64,000 nt of DNA from an uncultured Holophagales bacterium (GTDB taxonomy: Bacteria > Acidobacteriota > Thermoanaerobaculia > Multivoradales > UBA5704). Each line of letters opens with the position of its first letter. Position 1 is the first letter of the stretch. Location of the stretch: assembly GCA_963842525.1 (NCBI GenBank), contig CAWJGT010000034.1:576001-640000 (forward strand), written 5' to 3'. Positions 10,731 to 20,471 of this stretch are shown here, in pieces. The notes under the pieces were generated by a model that had not been told where the DNA came from, made no database searches, and worked only from the letters and a program-made list of their open reading frames with translations. A program made the position numbers and the translations under genes.

Positions 10731-11228
10731 ATGAGGGTCTCGATCATCGCGGCGGTGGCGGCGAACGGCACGATCGGCCGGAGCAACGGGCTGCCCTGGG
10801 ACCGTCTGCCGGCCGACATGAGGCACTTCAAGAACCTGACGATGGGACATACGATGATCCTGGGCCGCAAGACCTTCGAGTCGATCGGCAGCCGGCCGCT
10901 CCCAGGGAGGCCGCTGGTGGTCATCACCCGTAGGGAGATCGACGCTCCCGCGGGCGTGCGGGTCGTCCGCAGCCTGGACGAGGCCCTCGCGGCGGCCCGG
11001 GAGGATGGAGAGGACGAGGTCTTCGTCGCCGGCGGCGCGGAGATCTACCGCGAGGCGCTGCCGCGGACCGACCGGATGTACCTGACGCGGATCGGCGAGG
11101 AATTCCCCGGAGACACCTTCTTCCCCGCGTTCAACCCCTCCGCGTGGCGGGTCGTGAGCGAAAAGCATCATGAAGCCCATGGAGAGAACCCCTATCCGTA
11201 CACCTTTCAGACCCTCGACCGGGCGTAA
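10731..11228 (+). CDS. folA: Dihydrofolate reductase
   Basis: IG..NGLPW, GRKTFESI, RPLPGR, GGAEIY, GDTFFP; directly after thyA. Confidence 0.97.
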   Translation: MRVSIIAAVAANGTIGRSNGLPWDRLPADMRHFKNLTMGHTMILGRKTFESIGSRPLPGRPLVVITRREIDAPAGVRVVRSLDEALAAAREDGEDEVFVAGGAEIYREALPRTDRMYLTRIGEEFPGDTFFPAFNPSAWRVVSEKHHEAHGENPYPYTFQTLDRA

Positions 11229-11247
11229 GCACCCCCTCAATCCCCCG

Positions 11248-11745
11248 TTGCGCTGGATCTCGGTGGCGCTGCTCGCCGGCATCGCCTGTTGCAGCCAGGG
11301 CGGCAGCGACCTTGCGAATCTCCAGGCCGGCACACAGACCGACCGGGTCCGCATCTTTCTGATCGACCGCGAAGAGGGAGGAATCCTGGGCCGCCGGGCC
11401 GGCTGCGCGGACAGCACGGTGGCGGTCGAGGTCAAGCTCCCTCGTTCAACCCAGGCCCTGGAGGGCGCGCTGACCTCCCTGCTGGGCAAGAAACGCGATC
11501 GCTACGACCCCGCCTCCGGCTACTACAACGCCCTCTACGCGTCGCCGCTCGAAGTGGAGAGAATCGAGCGCCGCGGCCAGGAGGCACGGGTCCGGCTCCG
11601 CGGCTACCTCGAGCTCGGCGAGGCCTGCGACGGCGAACGGGCCCTCGCCCAGCTTCAGGAGACCGCTCTCCAGTTCTCCGACGTCCAGCAGGTCCACTTC
11701 TATTTAGGAGACCAGTCGCTCGCACAGGCGTTGGCGGGGCGGTAG
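11248..11745 (+). CDS. GerMN-like lipoprotein (start uncertain)
   Basis: Lipobox IAC-C; ALEGALTSLL and QLQETALQFSDVQQV resemble GerMN. Confidence 0.65.
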   Translation: MRWISVALLAGIACCSQGGSDLANLQAGTQTDRVRIFLIDREEGGILGRRAGCADSTVAVEVKLPRSTQALEGALTSLLGKKRDRYDPASGYYNALYASPLEVERIERRGQEARVRLRGYLELGEACDGERALAQLQETALQFSDVQQVHFYLGDQSLAQALAGR

Positions 11746-11751
11746 GCCCTA

Positions 11752-11859
11752 CTGGGAGCGCTGGCGTCCCGCCGGCTCAGACTCCCAGCGACCGTGTTGT
11801 CGGAAGGTCCATGGCGGCCCCAGCACCGTGAAGAGCCGGCGGGACGCCGGCGCTCCCAG
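11752..11859. repeat. Inverted REP doublet (REPIN-like)
   Basis: 11752-11776 and 11835-11859 are 25-nt inverted copies (GCCGGCGGGACGCCRGCGCTCCCAG, 1 mismatch) between convergent genes. Confidence 0.8.
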
Positions 11860-11870
11860 GGAAGAAGTGG

Positions 11871-14597
11871 TCACGCGTCGGTGGTGTCCTTCTGCTCCAG
11901 GAGCGCCGCGAGATTCCTCCGCGCCTTTTCGGTCTTGGGATGGCTTGGCGGCAAGAATCTTTCGCGAATGTCCACTGCTCGCCGTAACAAGGACTCAGCC
12001 TCATCAAGTCGGTCTGTATCCTGGAGAAACAGAGCCAGGTTAATGAGACGGATGGCGACATTGGGGTGTTCCGCCCCGAGGGACTGCTCGTCGATGGCCA
12101 GGGCGCGCCACATCAGCGGCTCCGCCTCCGACAGACGGTTCGTCGCCTTGAGCAACGAAGCCAGGTTGTTGAGGCGGATGGCGACGTTAGGGTGGTCCGG
12201 TCCCAAGGTTTGCTCGCCGATGGCAATAGCGCGGCGCATCAACGGCTCGGCCTCCGGCAGACGGTTCGTGTCCTGGAGCAACTGAGCCAGGTTGTTGAGG
12301 CGGATGGCGACGTTGGGGTGTTCCGTCCCGAAGGACTGCTCGTCGATGGCCAGGGCGCGCCACATCATCGGCTCGGCCTCCGACAGACGGTTCGTATCCT
12401 GGAGCAACTGAGCCAGGTTGTTGAGGTCTCTGGCGACGTTTGGGTGTTCCGGCCCCAAGGACTGCTCGTCGATGGCCAGGGCGCGCCGCATCAACGGCTC
12501 CGCCTCCGACAGACGGTTCGTCGCCTGGAGCAACTGAGCCAGGTTGTTGAGGTCTCTGGCGACGTTGGGGTGTTCCAGTCCCAAGGACTGCTCGTCGATG
12601 GCGAGCGCGCGCCGCATCAACGGCTCGGCCTCCGACAGACGGTTCGTCGCCTGGAGCAACGACGCCAGGTTGTTGAGGCCTATGGCGACACTAGGGTGTT
12701 CCGGCCCGAACGACTGCTCGGCGATGGCGAGTGCGCGGCGCATCAAGGGCTCGGCCTCCGACAGACGGTTCGTGTCCTTGAGCAACTGAGCCAGGTTGTT
12801 GAGGTCTCTAGCGACGTTGGGGTGTTCCGTCCCGAAGGACTGCTCGTCGATGGCCAAGGCGCGACGCATCATCGGCTCGGCCTCGTCATAGAGGGCTTTT
12901 GATATCAATAGAAGGGCAAGTTGATTCATAAGCCCTGCTGTGGGTTTCGTGAGACCGGCACTGTCAGCGAGTGCTACAACTTGCGCGGCATGGGGACGGA
13001 GATCGTCCCAGACAGGCCAGGTGCGGACATCGTCGGCGTCGAAAGGCGCAAAATCATCCACGACCCGGAGAGCTTGCTCCATCCAGTCCCGCTCCCGCGC
13101 TTGCGGTATCTGCCTTCGCAACACCTCCTGGACCATCCGGTGGACCACGAACCGTCCCCCATCCTGAAGAGTGACCATCGAATAGGCCGCCAATTCGGCG
13201 AGTGCCTCGCGGAGCGGACAGGGGGCCGGCTGCCGGCCGGTTTCCTCGCAGAACATGGCCGACGCCTCCTCGATGGTTTCAGCCCCCTCCTCGAACATTG
13301 CGACCAGAACAGGGTCGGGGGCCAGGAAAGCGGTCAGTCGTAGGAGGGTGGCTGAGGTCGGGCCGAGCTGCTCGAAGGTGGTCTGCCAGGTGACGGCGAC
13401 TGGGAAGGGATATTCCATCAAACTGTCGTGCCACTCGAGCACCCGCTGGCGCTCATGGTTCCAGGCCTCAAGGTAGTCGGCGAAGCGCATCCCCATGTAG
13501 GCGATGTACGCTGCGGCTTGCTCGAGCACCAATGGGAAATCGCCCAGTAAGTCTGCCAGGCGATTGGCTTGCGCCGAATCCTCGGGTGTCGTCTGCCGGT
13601 GTCCGTCGGTGCGCTGAAGGAGGAAGAGTGTGGCCTCATCTCTCGGAATTGTTTTGAGGCCCTGGGTTCGGACCGTTGCCGGCCAATTCCTCAACCGTGA
13701 GGTGATGAGCACCCGCCCTCTCGAAAGACTCGGCAGGATCTCGCTCACGGCTCCGGCCGCCTTTCTCGTATCGACGTTGTCGAGTATCAATAGCCAGCCG
13801 GGGTTCCCGTGTAGCCAGCGCAAGACGGAGGCGACCACCTCCTCTTCCGCCGGGGCCACCCTCTCCGGCAGGTTCAGCAGAGCCGGGCCGGCCAGGGATG
13901 CGAGGCCGCGGCGGAGCGCTTCGGACGAATCGGCGCGGACGAAGAAGACGGCGGTGTAGCGGTGGCCGCAGCGCCAGGCGTGCTCCACGGCGAGGCGGGT
14001 CTTGCCGATGCCGCCGAGGCCGGAGATCGCCTCGCTCTGGGTGATGGCGGCGGCCCGGCCGGGCTGGTCGAGGGCGGACTCCAGACGCCGGAGGTCTTCG
14101 TCCCTTCCTTTGAAGAGGTCGCGGAGGGGAGGGAAAGGGAGGTTGTGGAGGGTCGGACCGGTGAGGGGTGCCTGGGGCGGCGGCTCGTACTTTTTACCCG
14201 TGATGCCCCAGTAGAGGCGGTTCAGGCCTTCCTCGGTGAGGCCAGCACGAAGATTGACCCAGGTGGCCTGGTCGAGGTAGATGCCGAGGTCGAGGGTTTC
14301 TGGTGCTCCCGGGAGCAGCACGGGGACGACCGGAAGCTTCTGCTTGAACATCTTCAGGACGAGAGCGCCGATCTCAGCCCTTTCCAAATCGCCGCAACCG
14401 GCAGGTCCCAGACAAACCGCAGCGGCCTTGGCAGCATGGATCGCCTCCTGGAGCCCGTCCTGCCAGAGGAGGCCTGGGCGGAGCTGTTCTTCATCAAGCC
14501 ATGGGTTGACGCCACGCTCGCGCAGCCTGGCCGCGATCTGGCGGACGACGGGCTTGTCCTTGCTGTTGTGGCTGAGGAAGACGTCGAAGTTGGCCAT
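11871..14597 (-). CDS. TIR_2-NB-ARC-TPR protein (NLR-like)
   Basis: Start MANFDVFLSHNSKDK (TIR); GLGGIGKT; WLLILDNVD; ITSR; 42-aa TPR repeats. Confidence 0.92.
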   Translation of the reverse strand: MANFDVFLSHNSKDKPVVRQIAARLRERGVNPWLDEEQLRPGLLWQDGLQEAIHAAKAAAVCLGPAGCGDLERAEIGALVLKMFKQKLPVVPVLLPGAPETLDLGIYLDQATWVNLRAGLTEEGLNRLYWGITGKKYEPPPQAPLTGPTLHNLPFPPLRDLFKGRDEDLRRLESALDQPGRAAAITQSEAISGLGGIGKTRLAVEHAWRCGHRYTAVFFVRADSSEALRRGLASLAGPALLNLPERVAPAEEEVVASVLRWLHGNPGWLLILDNVDTRKAAGAVSEILPSLSRGRVLITSRLRNWPATVRTQGLKTIPRDEATLFLLQRTDGHRQTTPEDSAQANRLADLLGDFPLVLEQAAAYIAYMGMRFADYLEAWNHERQRVLEWHDSLMEYPFPVAVTWQTTFEQLGPTSATLLRLTAFLAPDPVLVAMFEEGAETIEEASAMFCEETGRQPAPCPLREALAELAAYSMVTLQDGGRFVVHRMVQEVLRRQIPQARERDWMEQALRVVDDFAPFDADDVRTWPVWDDLRPHAAQVVALADSAGLTKPTAGLMNQLALLLISKALYDEAEPMMRRALAIDEQSFGTEHPNVARDLNNLAQLLKDTNRLSEAEPLMRRALAIAEQSFGPEHPSVAIGLNNLASLLQATNRLSEAEPLMRRALAIDEQSLGLEHPNVARDLNNLAQLLQATNRLSEAEPLMRRALAIDEQSLGPEHPNVARDLNNLAQLLQDTNRLSEAEPMMWRALAIDEQSFGTEHPNVAIRLNNLAQLLQDTNRLPEAEPLMRRAIAIGEQTLGPDHPNVAIRLNNLASLLKATNRLSEAEPLMWRALAIDEQSLGAEHPNVAIRLINLALFLQDTDRLDEAESLLRRAVDIRERFLPPSHPKTEKARRNLAALLEQKDTTDA

Positions 14598-14763
14598 GGT
14601 GAGGAGCCCGGAGAAGTTTATCAAGGCCCCCACCTCCGCAGGGAGTCGTAACAGTCTGTGGCGACCGGAAAGGATCTCAGAGAGTGTTTGAAAACCAGCC
14701 CTGCAGGGCTCGTGCCCTGTCCTGGCCACCCGATACGCCGGCTGCGCCGAATTCTGAGCCTCC

Positions 14764-15013
14764 TCCACCGTGGCGCAGCCCACCTGCACCGTGGCGTGCG
14801 CTGGCCCGCCGAGATGGAGGCGGACTACGCCGAAGCAGCGCTTACCTGCACCGTGGCGCAGGCCGACCCCACCATGGCGGAGGCCGGCTCCACCATGGTG
14901 GAGATCACCTACGCCGCGGCGCGGGTGCTCACGCCACGGTGGAGCCCACCTGCGCCACGGCGGCGTCGACATCCACCGCGGCGCAGTCGGACCCCATCTC
15001 GGCGCAGGATGCT
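14764..15013. repeat. Degenerate 21-bp tandem array (~12 units)
   Basis: Units such as tccaccgtggcgcagcccacc, tgcaccgtggcgcaggccgac, tccaccatggtggagatcacc. Confidence 0.75.
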
Positions 15014-15325
15014 CACAAAGCCTCCAGGAAGCCACAAGGATCGGCTGGCGCAGCCCCTGATCCCGTGCAGCTCCAAGACTTTACGGCGCAGGAACCCCCT
15101 GAGCTCGCCCGGCTGGCGCCCGAGCCGGAGCCGCTCTATCCAGCCGACTTTGTGGACACCTCCGAAGACATGGCGTCCAGTTCCACCCCGGCCAGCTCCA
15201 GCGCCACCCCGCCCCAATCGCGTTCAAAAAGGGGCGCAAGCGAGCACGACGGACCAGAATCGCCGGTCGATCTTGAACAGGATATCGCTTGATGGGAAGC
15301 ATGCGCTAAAATCTTCGGCAATATC

Positions 15326-18130
15326 ATGCGAAAACCTCAGGCGCTATCCTTCGCCCTGGTCTTGAGCCTGTCCCTCCTCGGAGCAAGCCCCGGTGCAGCG
15401 GTCGTCCCCTATCTCGTTGCCGACATCAACCCCGAGCAGGTGGGGGCGAGCTCCACACCCCAGAGCTCGGTCCGCATTGGTTCCACTGTCCTCTTCGACG
15501 CGGACGACGGCGAGACCGGACGCGAGCTCTGGCGCAGCGACGGCACGACTGCGGGGACCTATCGGCTCGTCGATGCCTGCCCCGGCCCCTGCTCCGGGCG
15601 TGCCTTTCTCTTCTGGCCCACCGAGAGCCTCTATTTCTTTATCGCGATCGACGAAGGCTTCGGGGAAGACCTCTGGGTCACCGACGGTACACCCGCGGGA
15701 ACCGTGCAACTGACCGAGGGCCTCGATTTTCCTGCCGGCATTGCGCAGGTCTGGGTCCCCGAGCAAAAGCTGCTCTACTTCTCGGCCAACGATGGAGCCC
15801 ACGGCCAGGAGCTCTGGCGCACCGATGGGACCCCGGCAGGGACCTTCCAGGTGACCGACCTCCGGCCGGGTGCGGCCGGCTCCAATCCTGGACACCTGGC
15901 CTCCTTCAAAGGCCGGCTCTTTTACTGCGGCAACGACGGCCGGACCGGCTCCGCACTGTGGACGAGCGACGGTACGCCTCAAGGCACCCGTCTCGTCAGC
16001 GATCCATGGCCAGGGGCCTCACTCCGGGGCGGCCCTTACTACCTCCGGGTTGCCGGGCGTTATCTCTTTTTCCTGTCCGAGAGCCCAGCGCGCGGCGGGG
16101 AGCTCTGGCGCACCGATGGGACACCGAAAGGCACAGTCCCCGTGGCCGACCTTGCACCCGGCAAGAAATCCACCATCTTTGTCGACCTCAAAGCGTTCGG
16201 CAGCCGGTTGCTCTTCATCGCGGACGATGGGCGCCGTGGTCAGGAGCTGTGGATCACCGATGGCACGCTGTCAGGCACTCGCGCATTGACCTCTCTGCAC
16301 AACCCGTCGCCCTTCGGCGTCGCACCCAGCTATTACTATCTTCCCTGGGAGCCCTTGGGAGGCCGTCTCCTGTTGCCGCTGGACGACGGCGAGCACGGCT
16401 GGGAGATCTGGACCACCAACGGAACCGCCGCGGGCACCCGTCTTCTCAAGGATCTCTGTCCCGGGCCGTGCTCAGGGAGCACCAGCATACCGGGTGTGAT
16501 CGGGAACCGCGCCTTCTTCAGCGGCAACGACGGCAAGCGCGGTGACGAGCCGTGGGTCACCGACGGCACTGCGGCCGACACACGTCTCGTCAAGGACATC
16601 TGCCCGGGACCGTGCAACTCCCATTTCGGCCGTCCTGTCGCCATCGGCAACCGTCTCTTCTATCGCGGCAGCACCAGCAGTCACGGCGACGAATTCTGGA
16701 TCACCGACGGCACGCCCCGCGGCACGACGCGCGTCACCGACTTCGTCAATCCCGACGCCTTCGATGCACCGTTTCCCTTCTTCGGAGGCATCAGCCTGGG
16801 TGCGGCTTATCTCTTCGTCGCCAATGACGGACCCGAGGGACTGGAGCTGTGGCGCACCGACGGCACCCGCGCCGGCACCTACCTGCTGCGCGACATCAAT
16901 CCCATGGATACGGGCGGCTCCTTCCCAACCTTTCTGCGAGCGGTTGGAGACCGGCTCTTCTTCTTCGCCGACGACGGGCTGCACGGCTCGGAGCTTCTGG
17001 CGTAGCGACGGCACGGTTGGTGGCACGGCGATGGTCTATGACTTCGTTCCCGGCGAGGACTCCGCCCCGCTCCTCCATCTGCCTTCCACCGCGACGGGAG
17101 GCAAGCTCTTCTTTTTTCTCAACCTTCCCGGCAGCAGCATCGCCCTGTGGCGCAGCGACGGGACCGAGGTCGGAACGATCCAACTGACCTCGGAGGATGT
17201 CCGACCCATGGCGGACACCCTCGTGGCTCTGGGTGACCAGGTCTTCTTCGTGGCCGACGACGGCTTCCATGGCTTTGAGCTTTGGATGAGCGATGGGAGC
17301 GTCGAAGGTACCGCCATGGTCACGGACCTCGAGCCCGGTCCCGAGGGATCGAGCCCGGAATGGCTGACGGCCGCCCAGGGCCTGCTTTTCTTCTCGGCCA
17401 AATTGGGGGTTGATCGTGAGCTCTGGAAGAGCGATGGCACCCACGACGGAACGGCCCTCGTCAAGGACATCAACCCGATCTACCAGTCCTACCCAAGACT
17501 TCTGACCGCCCACCGCGACCGCCTCTTCTTCTTCGCCGACGATGGCGAGCACGGGCCTGAGCTGTGGAGCAGCGATGGCACAGGACCGGGGACAGCCCTG
17601 GTCGTCGAACTGGCGCCCTTCGGCAGCTCCTCGGCTGAAGCGCTCCTCTCGGTCGGAGACCGGCTGTTCCTCTCCGGCGGCAACACGGAGGCAGGTTTCG
17701 GTCTATGGGTCAGCGACGGCACGGCCGCCGGAACGAGACGGATCAGCCCCGTTTCAGTGACCGGCAGGTTCAAGCCGGCGGTCTTTCGCGGCGCGCTCGT
17801 CTTCTCCGTCTGGAATCCGAGCCAAGGGAGGACAGAGATCTGGAAGTCCGACGGCACCGAGGCGGGTACCGTGCAGTTGCTCGGCGGCCCCCAGGGACCG
17901 CTCGTCGGCGATCCCACAGGCCTGGTGGTCTTCGGAGACCGGCTGTTCTTCACCACGTGGCAGGGGGTCGATGCGCTCTGGGAATCCGACGGCACCCCGG
18001 ACGGTACGCGATTCGTGCGTGCTGCAACCGGCTCATTCAGCCTCTCGACCGGTCGTCGCCGGGTCGCGCCTCTTCTTCCAGAGCCACGACCCGGATACCG
18101 GAGCCGAGCTCTGGGCGATCGGACCCGAGT
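15326..18130 (+). CDS. Secreted ELWxxDGT-repeat beta-propeller protein (frameshifts near 16995 and 18020; end approximate)
   Basis: Signal peptide and many ELW(R/K)xDGT repeats continuing across ORFs 15326-17005 and 16542-18191. Confidence 0.88.
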
Positions 18131-18189
18131 AGCCGTTCCTCACCGGGATAGCCTGTGCAGCCAGAGTGAAATTCGGGGCTCAGAGTTTT

Positions 18190-18903
18190 GACTCGCGCCG
18201 CAGGCGAGCCAGCTCCTCGGCGAGAGCCTGAGCCCGTTCCTCGGCCGTAGCGGCGCGCTCTTCGCCGCGTCCGGCGTGCCGGCAGCCGCTCTCGGCCGCC
18301 CGCGCCCTCGGCAGCCCGGCGCGCCGCATCGATCTCCTCATTCCACAGAAGGGGTTCCCCGGTGGCAGTGTCCACCAGCCGCAGCCGCTCTCCTTCGGGG
18401 CGTACCGTCACGTTCGTGGTCAGAAGACCCAGGGAGCCGTCGCTGTTCAGCGGGATCGACCGATAGCGGCCCCGTTCGAGCCGGTAGCCCCGCAGCCGCG
18501 GCTCCAGATACTCCCCGAACGGATCGAAGAGGACCAGCTCGGCCACGCCCAGCCGCTCATAGAGGTCCTTCTTGGGGCCTGTGTCTTCGTCGCAGGTCGA
18601 GCGGGAGGTGATCTCGAAGACCAGGGACGGGGTCTTTTCTTCCCAGAGAAGATAGACGGGCCGGTGCCACTTACCGACGCCCCGCGCCAGCAGTACGTCG
18701 GGCGCCACGGACTTCTCCCGGTTCCCCTTCTGGTAGTACAGAAAGAGGTTGCCGCCCACCCACACGTCCGCCACATCGGCGTAGCGCCGTTCCAGTCCTC
18801 CGATCATGTCGGACATCACCAGGCGGTGAAGCGTCGTCTCGGCCATGGGCTGGCCGTCGGAGTTGGGGTACTCGATGTCCTGCTCGAGCGGCAGCGCGCA
18901 CAT
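18190..18903 (-). CDS. Uma2-family endonuclease (C-terminus frameshifted; end approximate)
   Basis: YPNSDGQPMAET..H, VAPDV, VFEITS.ST..ED...K..LYE.LGV.E..LFDP. Confidence 0.88.
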
Positions 18904-19011
18904 ACGTGCCTCCCTGGCTCAACAATCCCGACGGGTTGCACTATCAGATCACCGGAAGGCCTGATGGCGCAACCTCGATCCTTATGATAGCACCGCCGCT
19001 TCGGAGTCTAA

Positions 19012-20226
19012 CTAAGCCAGACGGACACCCAGGCCGTGGGTGCCGGCCGGTGCCCGCAGCTCGACGGCGAGGGCCACCTCGTCGCCAGGGGACACGGGAA
19101 CGGGTGTCGAGAAGGTGCGGACGTCCCACCCCCAGTGCGTCACCGGAGCGTGGGGAGAGGTCGTGAGCTGGATCTGCTCGTCGAGGTGCGCCCGGAAGAA
19201 GAGGACCACCCCTCCCAGCATCCCCATGCCCACGATGCGGAGCGGGACGGTAGCGGTCCATCCGGCGAGGTCGAGAGGGTCGCTGCGGAAGTCGAGGTCC
19301 AGGAGCCGGCTCTCTTCCGAGAGGATCTTCGGCTCGAAGCGGGCCTTGTCTCCGACCCACGTCCGCCTGGACGTAGGACGCCGGAAGGACTCCGTGAGGG
19401 CCTGCGCGAAGGGTCCGAAATCTAGGCCGTAGAGGCCCGAAAGCTCCCTGGCCCCGGCGATGATCCGGTCCTCGTCGGCAGGTGGCTCCGCGACCTCCAC
19501 CCCCAGGCAGCAGACCTCCAGGCGATAGGGAAGGAGGCGGCCCCCGGGCCGGAGCAGCCGGCGGCGCGCGTCCTCCAGGATCGGCAGAAGGTTCTCCTCG
19601 AAAGGATCGACGCCCAGGAGCTCATGGATGATCAGGTCGGCCGGCTCGTCGAGCTCGACGTAGCGGCTGTTGGCGTTGCGCAGGTCGATCGTGCCGTCGC
19701 AGCCGTTCGCCGCGAACATCTCGGCGGCGAGATCGGCGATCTCGGTCTCTTCGATCGCAATCACCCGGCGGGCGCCCGCCTTGGCGGCAAAGAGCGAGAG
19801 GATGCCCGTGCCGCAGCCGATCTCGACCACCGTCCGGTCCCGGGCGTGCCGTTCGATCGCCGCCCGGTAGCTCATCACGCGGACGCTGTCCTTCAACATG
19901 CCCAGGTGGTTGCGGGCGGAGCCGAACCCCAGGGCCGGGAGCGCCGCCTTCCTCTTCGTGCCGGCGGGCTCGACCGGCTCCAGGACCTCCTGCTGCTCCA
20001 GAGCCTGGACGAGCTCCGCGAAGCCGGCCTCCTCGAGGTCCCACTCTTCCTGGAGCCGGCCCAGGACTTCCCGCGGCGTGGCAGCGGTCGCGAAGCCAAA
20101 AAGCACCGGGAGCGCGTCGGCATCGAGCTCCTGCGGCTTGGCCGGACCCAGCAGAGCGAGCTTCCCGCTGGGCAGGATCTTCAGAGTCAGCGAGCGCGAG
20201 ACGACGTAGCGGCCATCCCAGTCCAT
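19012..20226 (-). CDS. RRE(PqqD-like)-PRMT-fold SAM-dependent methyltransferase
   Basis: HLGMLKDSVRVMSY, VVEIGCGTGILSLFAAKAGA, double-E-like HELLGVDPFEE, THW loop (TSPHAPVTHWGW); N-terminal ~85 aa has a strand-then-helix PqqD-like pattern. Confidence 0.85.
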   Translation of the reverse strand: MDWDGRYVVSRSLTLKILPSGKLALLGPAKPQELDADALPVLFGFATAATPREVLGRLQEEWDLEEAGFAELVQALEQQEVLEPVEPAGTKRKAALPALGFGSARNHLGMLKDSVRVMSYRAAIERHARDRTVVEIGCGTGILSLFAAKAGARRVIAIEETEIADLAAEMFAANGCDGTIDLRNANSRYVELDEPADLIIHELLGVDPFEENLLPILEDARRRLLRPGGRLLPYRLEVCCLGVEVAEPPADEDRIIAGARELSGLYGLDFGPFAQALTESFRRPTSRRTWVGDKARFEPKILSEESRLLDLDFRSDPLDLAGWTATVPLRIVGMGMLGGVVLFFRAHLDEQIQLTTSPHAPVTHWGWDVRTFSTPVPVSPGDEVALAVELRAPAGTHGLGVRLA

Positions 20227-20250
20227 GGTCTCGCGCTCGCCGGTGTCAGC

Positions 20251-20433
20251 CTAGTCGTCGCAGACGCAGCTCGTGCACGACGCGACCTCGGTCGGGCCGC
20301 ATAGCATCGGGCAGGTGTTCGAGCCACAGCCGCGTACGACAGTCGCCCCGCCCACCGCCGCCTTCAGCTCCCGCTGGACGAGGTTCCTCACGGTCTCACG
20401 ATGGAGGGTGAGCTTGCGCTTCTTCGTCTTCAT
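20251..20433 (-). CDS. RiPP precursor peptide (lanthipeptide-like leader, GG, Cys-rich core)
   Basis: RBS GAGG; leader KLTLHRETVRNL...AAVGG; core ATVVRGCGSNTCPMLCGPTEVASCTSCVCDD with 6 Cys. Confidence 0.85.
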   Translation of the reverse strand: MKTKKRKLTLHRETVRNLVQRELKAAVGGATVVRGCGSNTCPMLCGPTEVASCTSCVCDD

Positions 20434-20471
20434 CGTCCTCTCCTCTCTCGACGTTTCCCGCGGCTCCCATT

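Noticed and set aside
14598-15035. N-terminal extension of the TIR protein
   Set aside because: Read-through of the 21-bp array; the TIR domain starts at ATG 14597.
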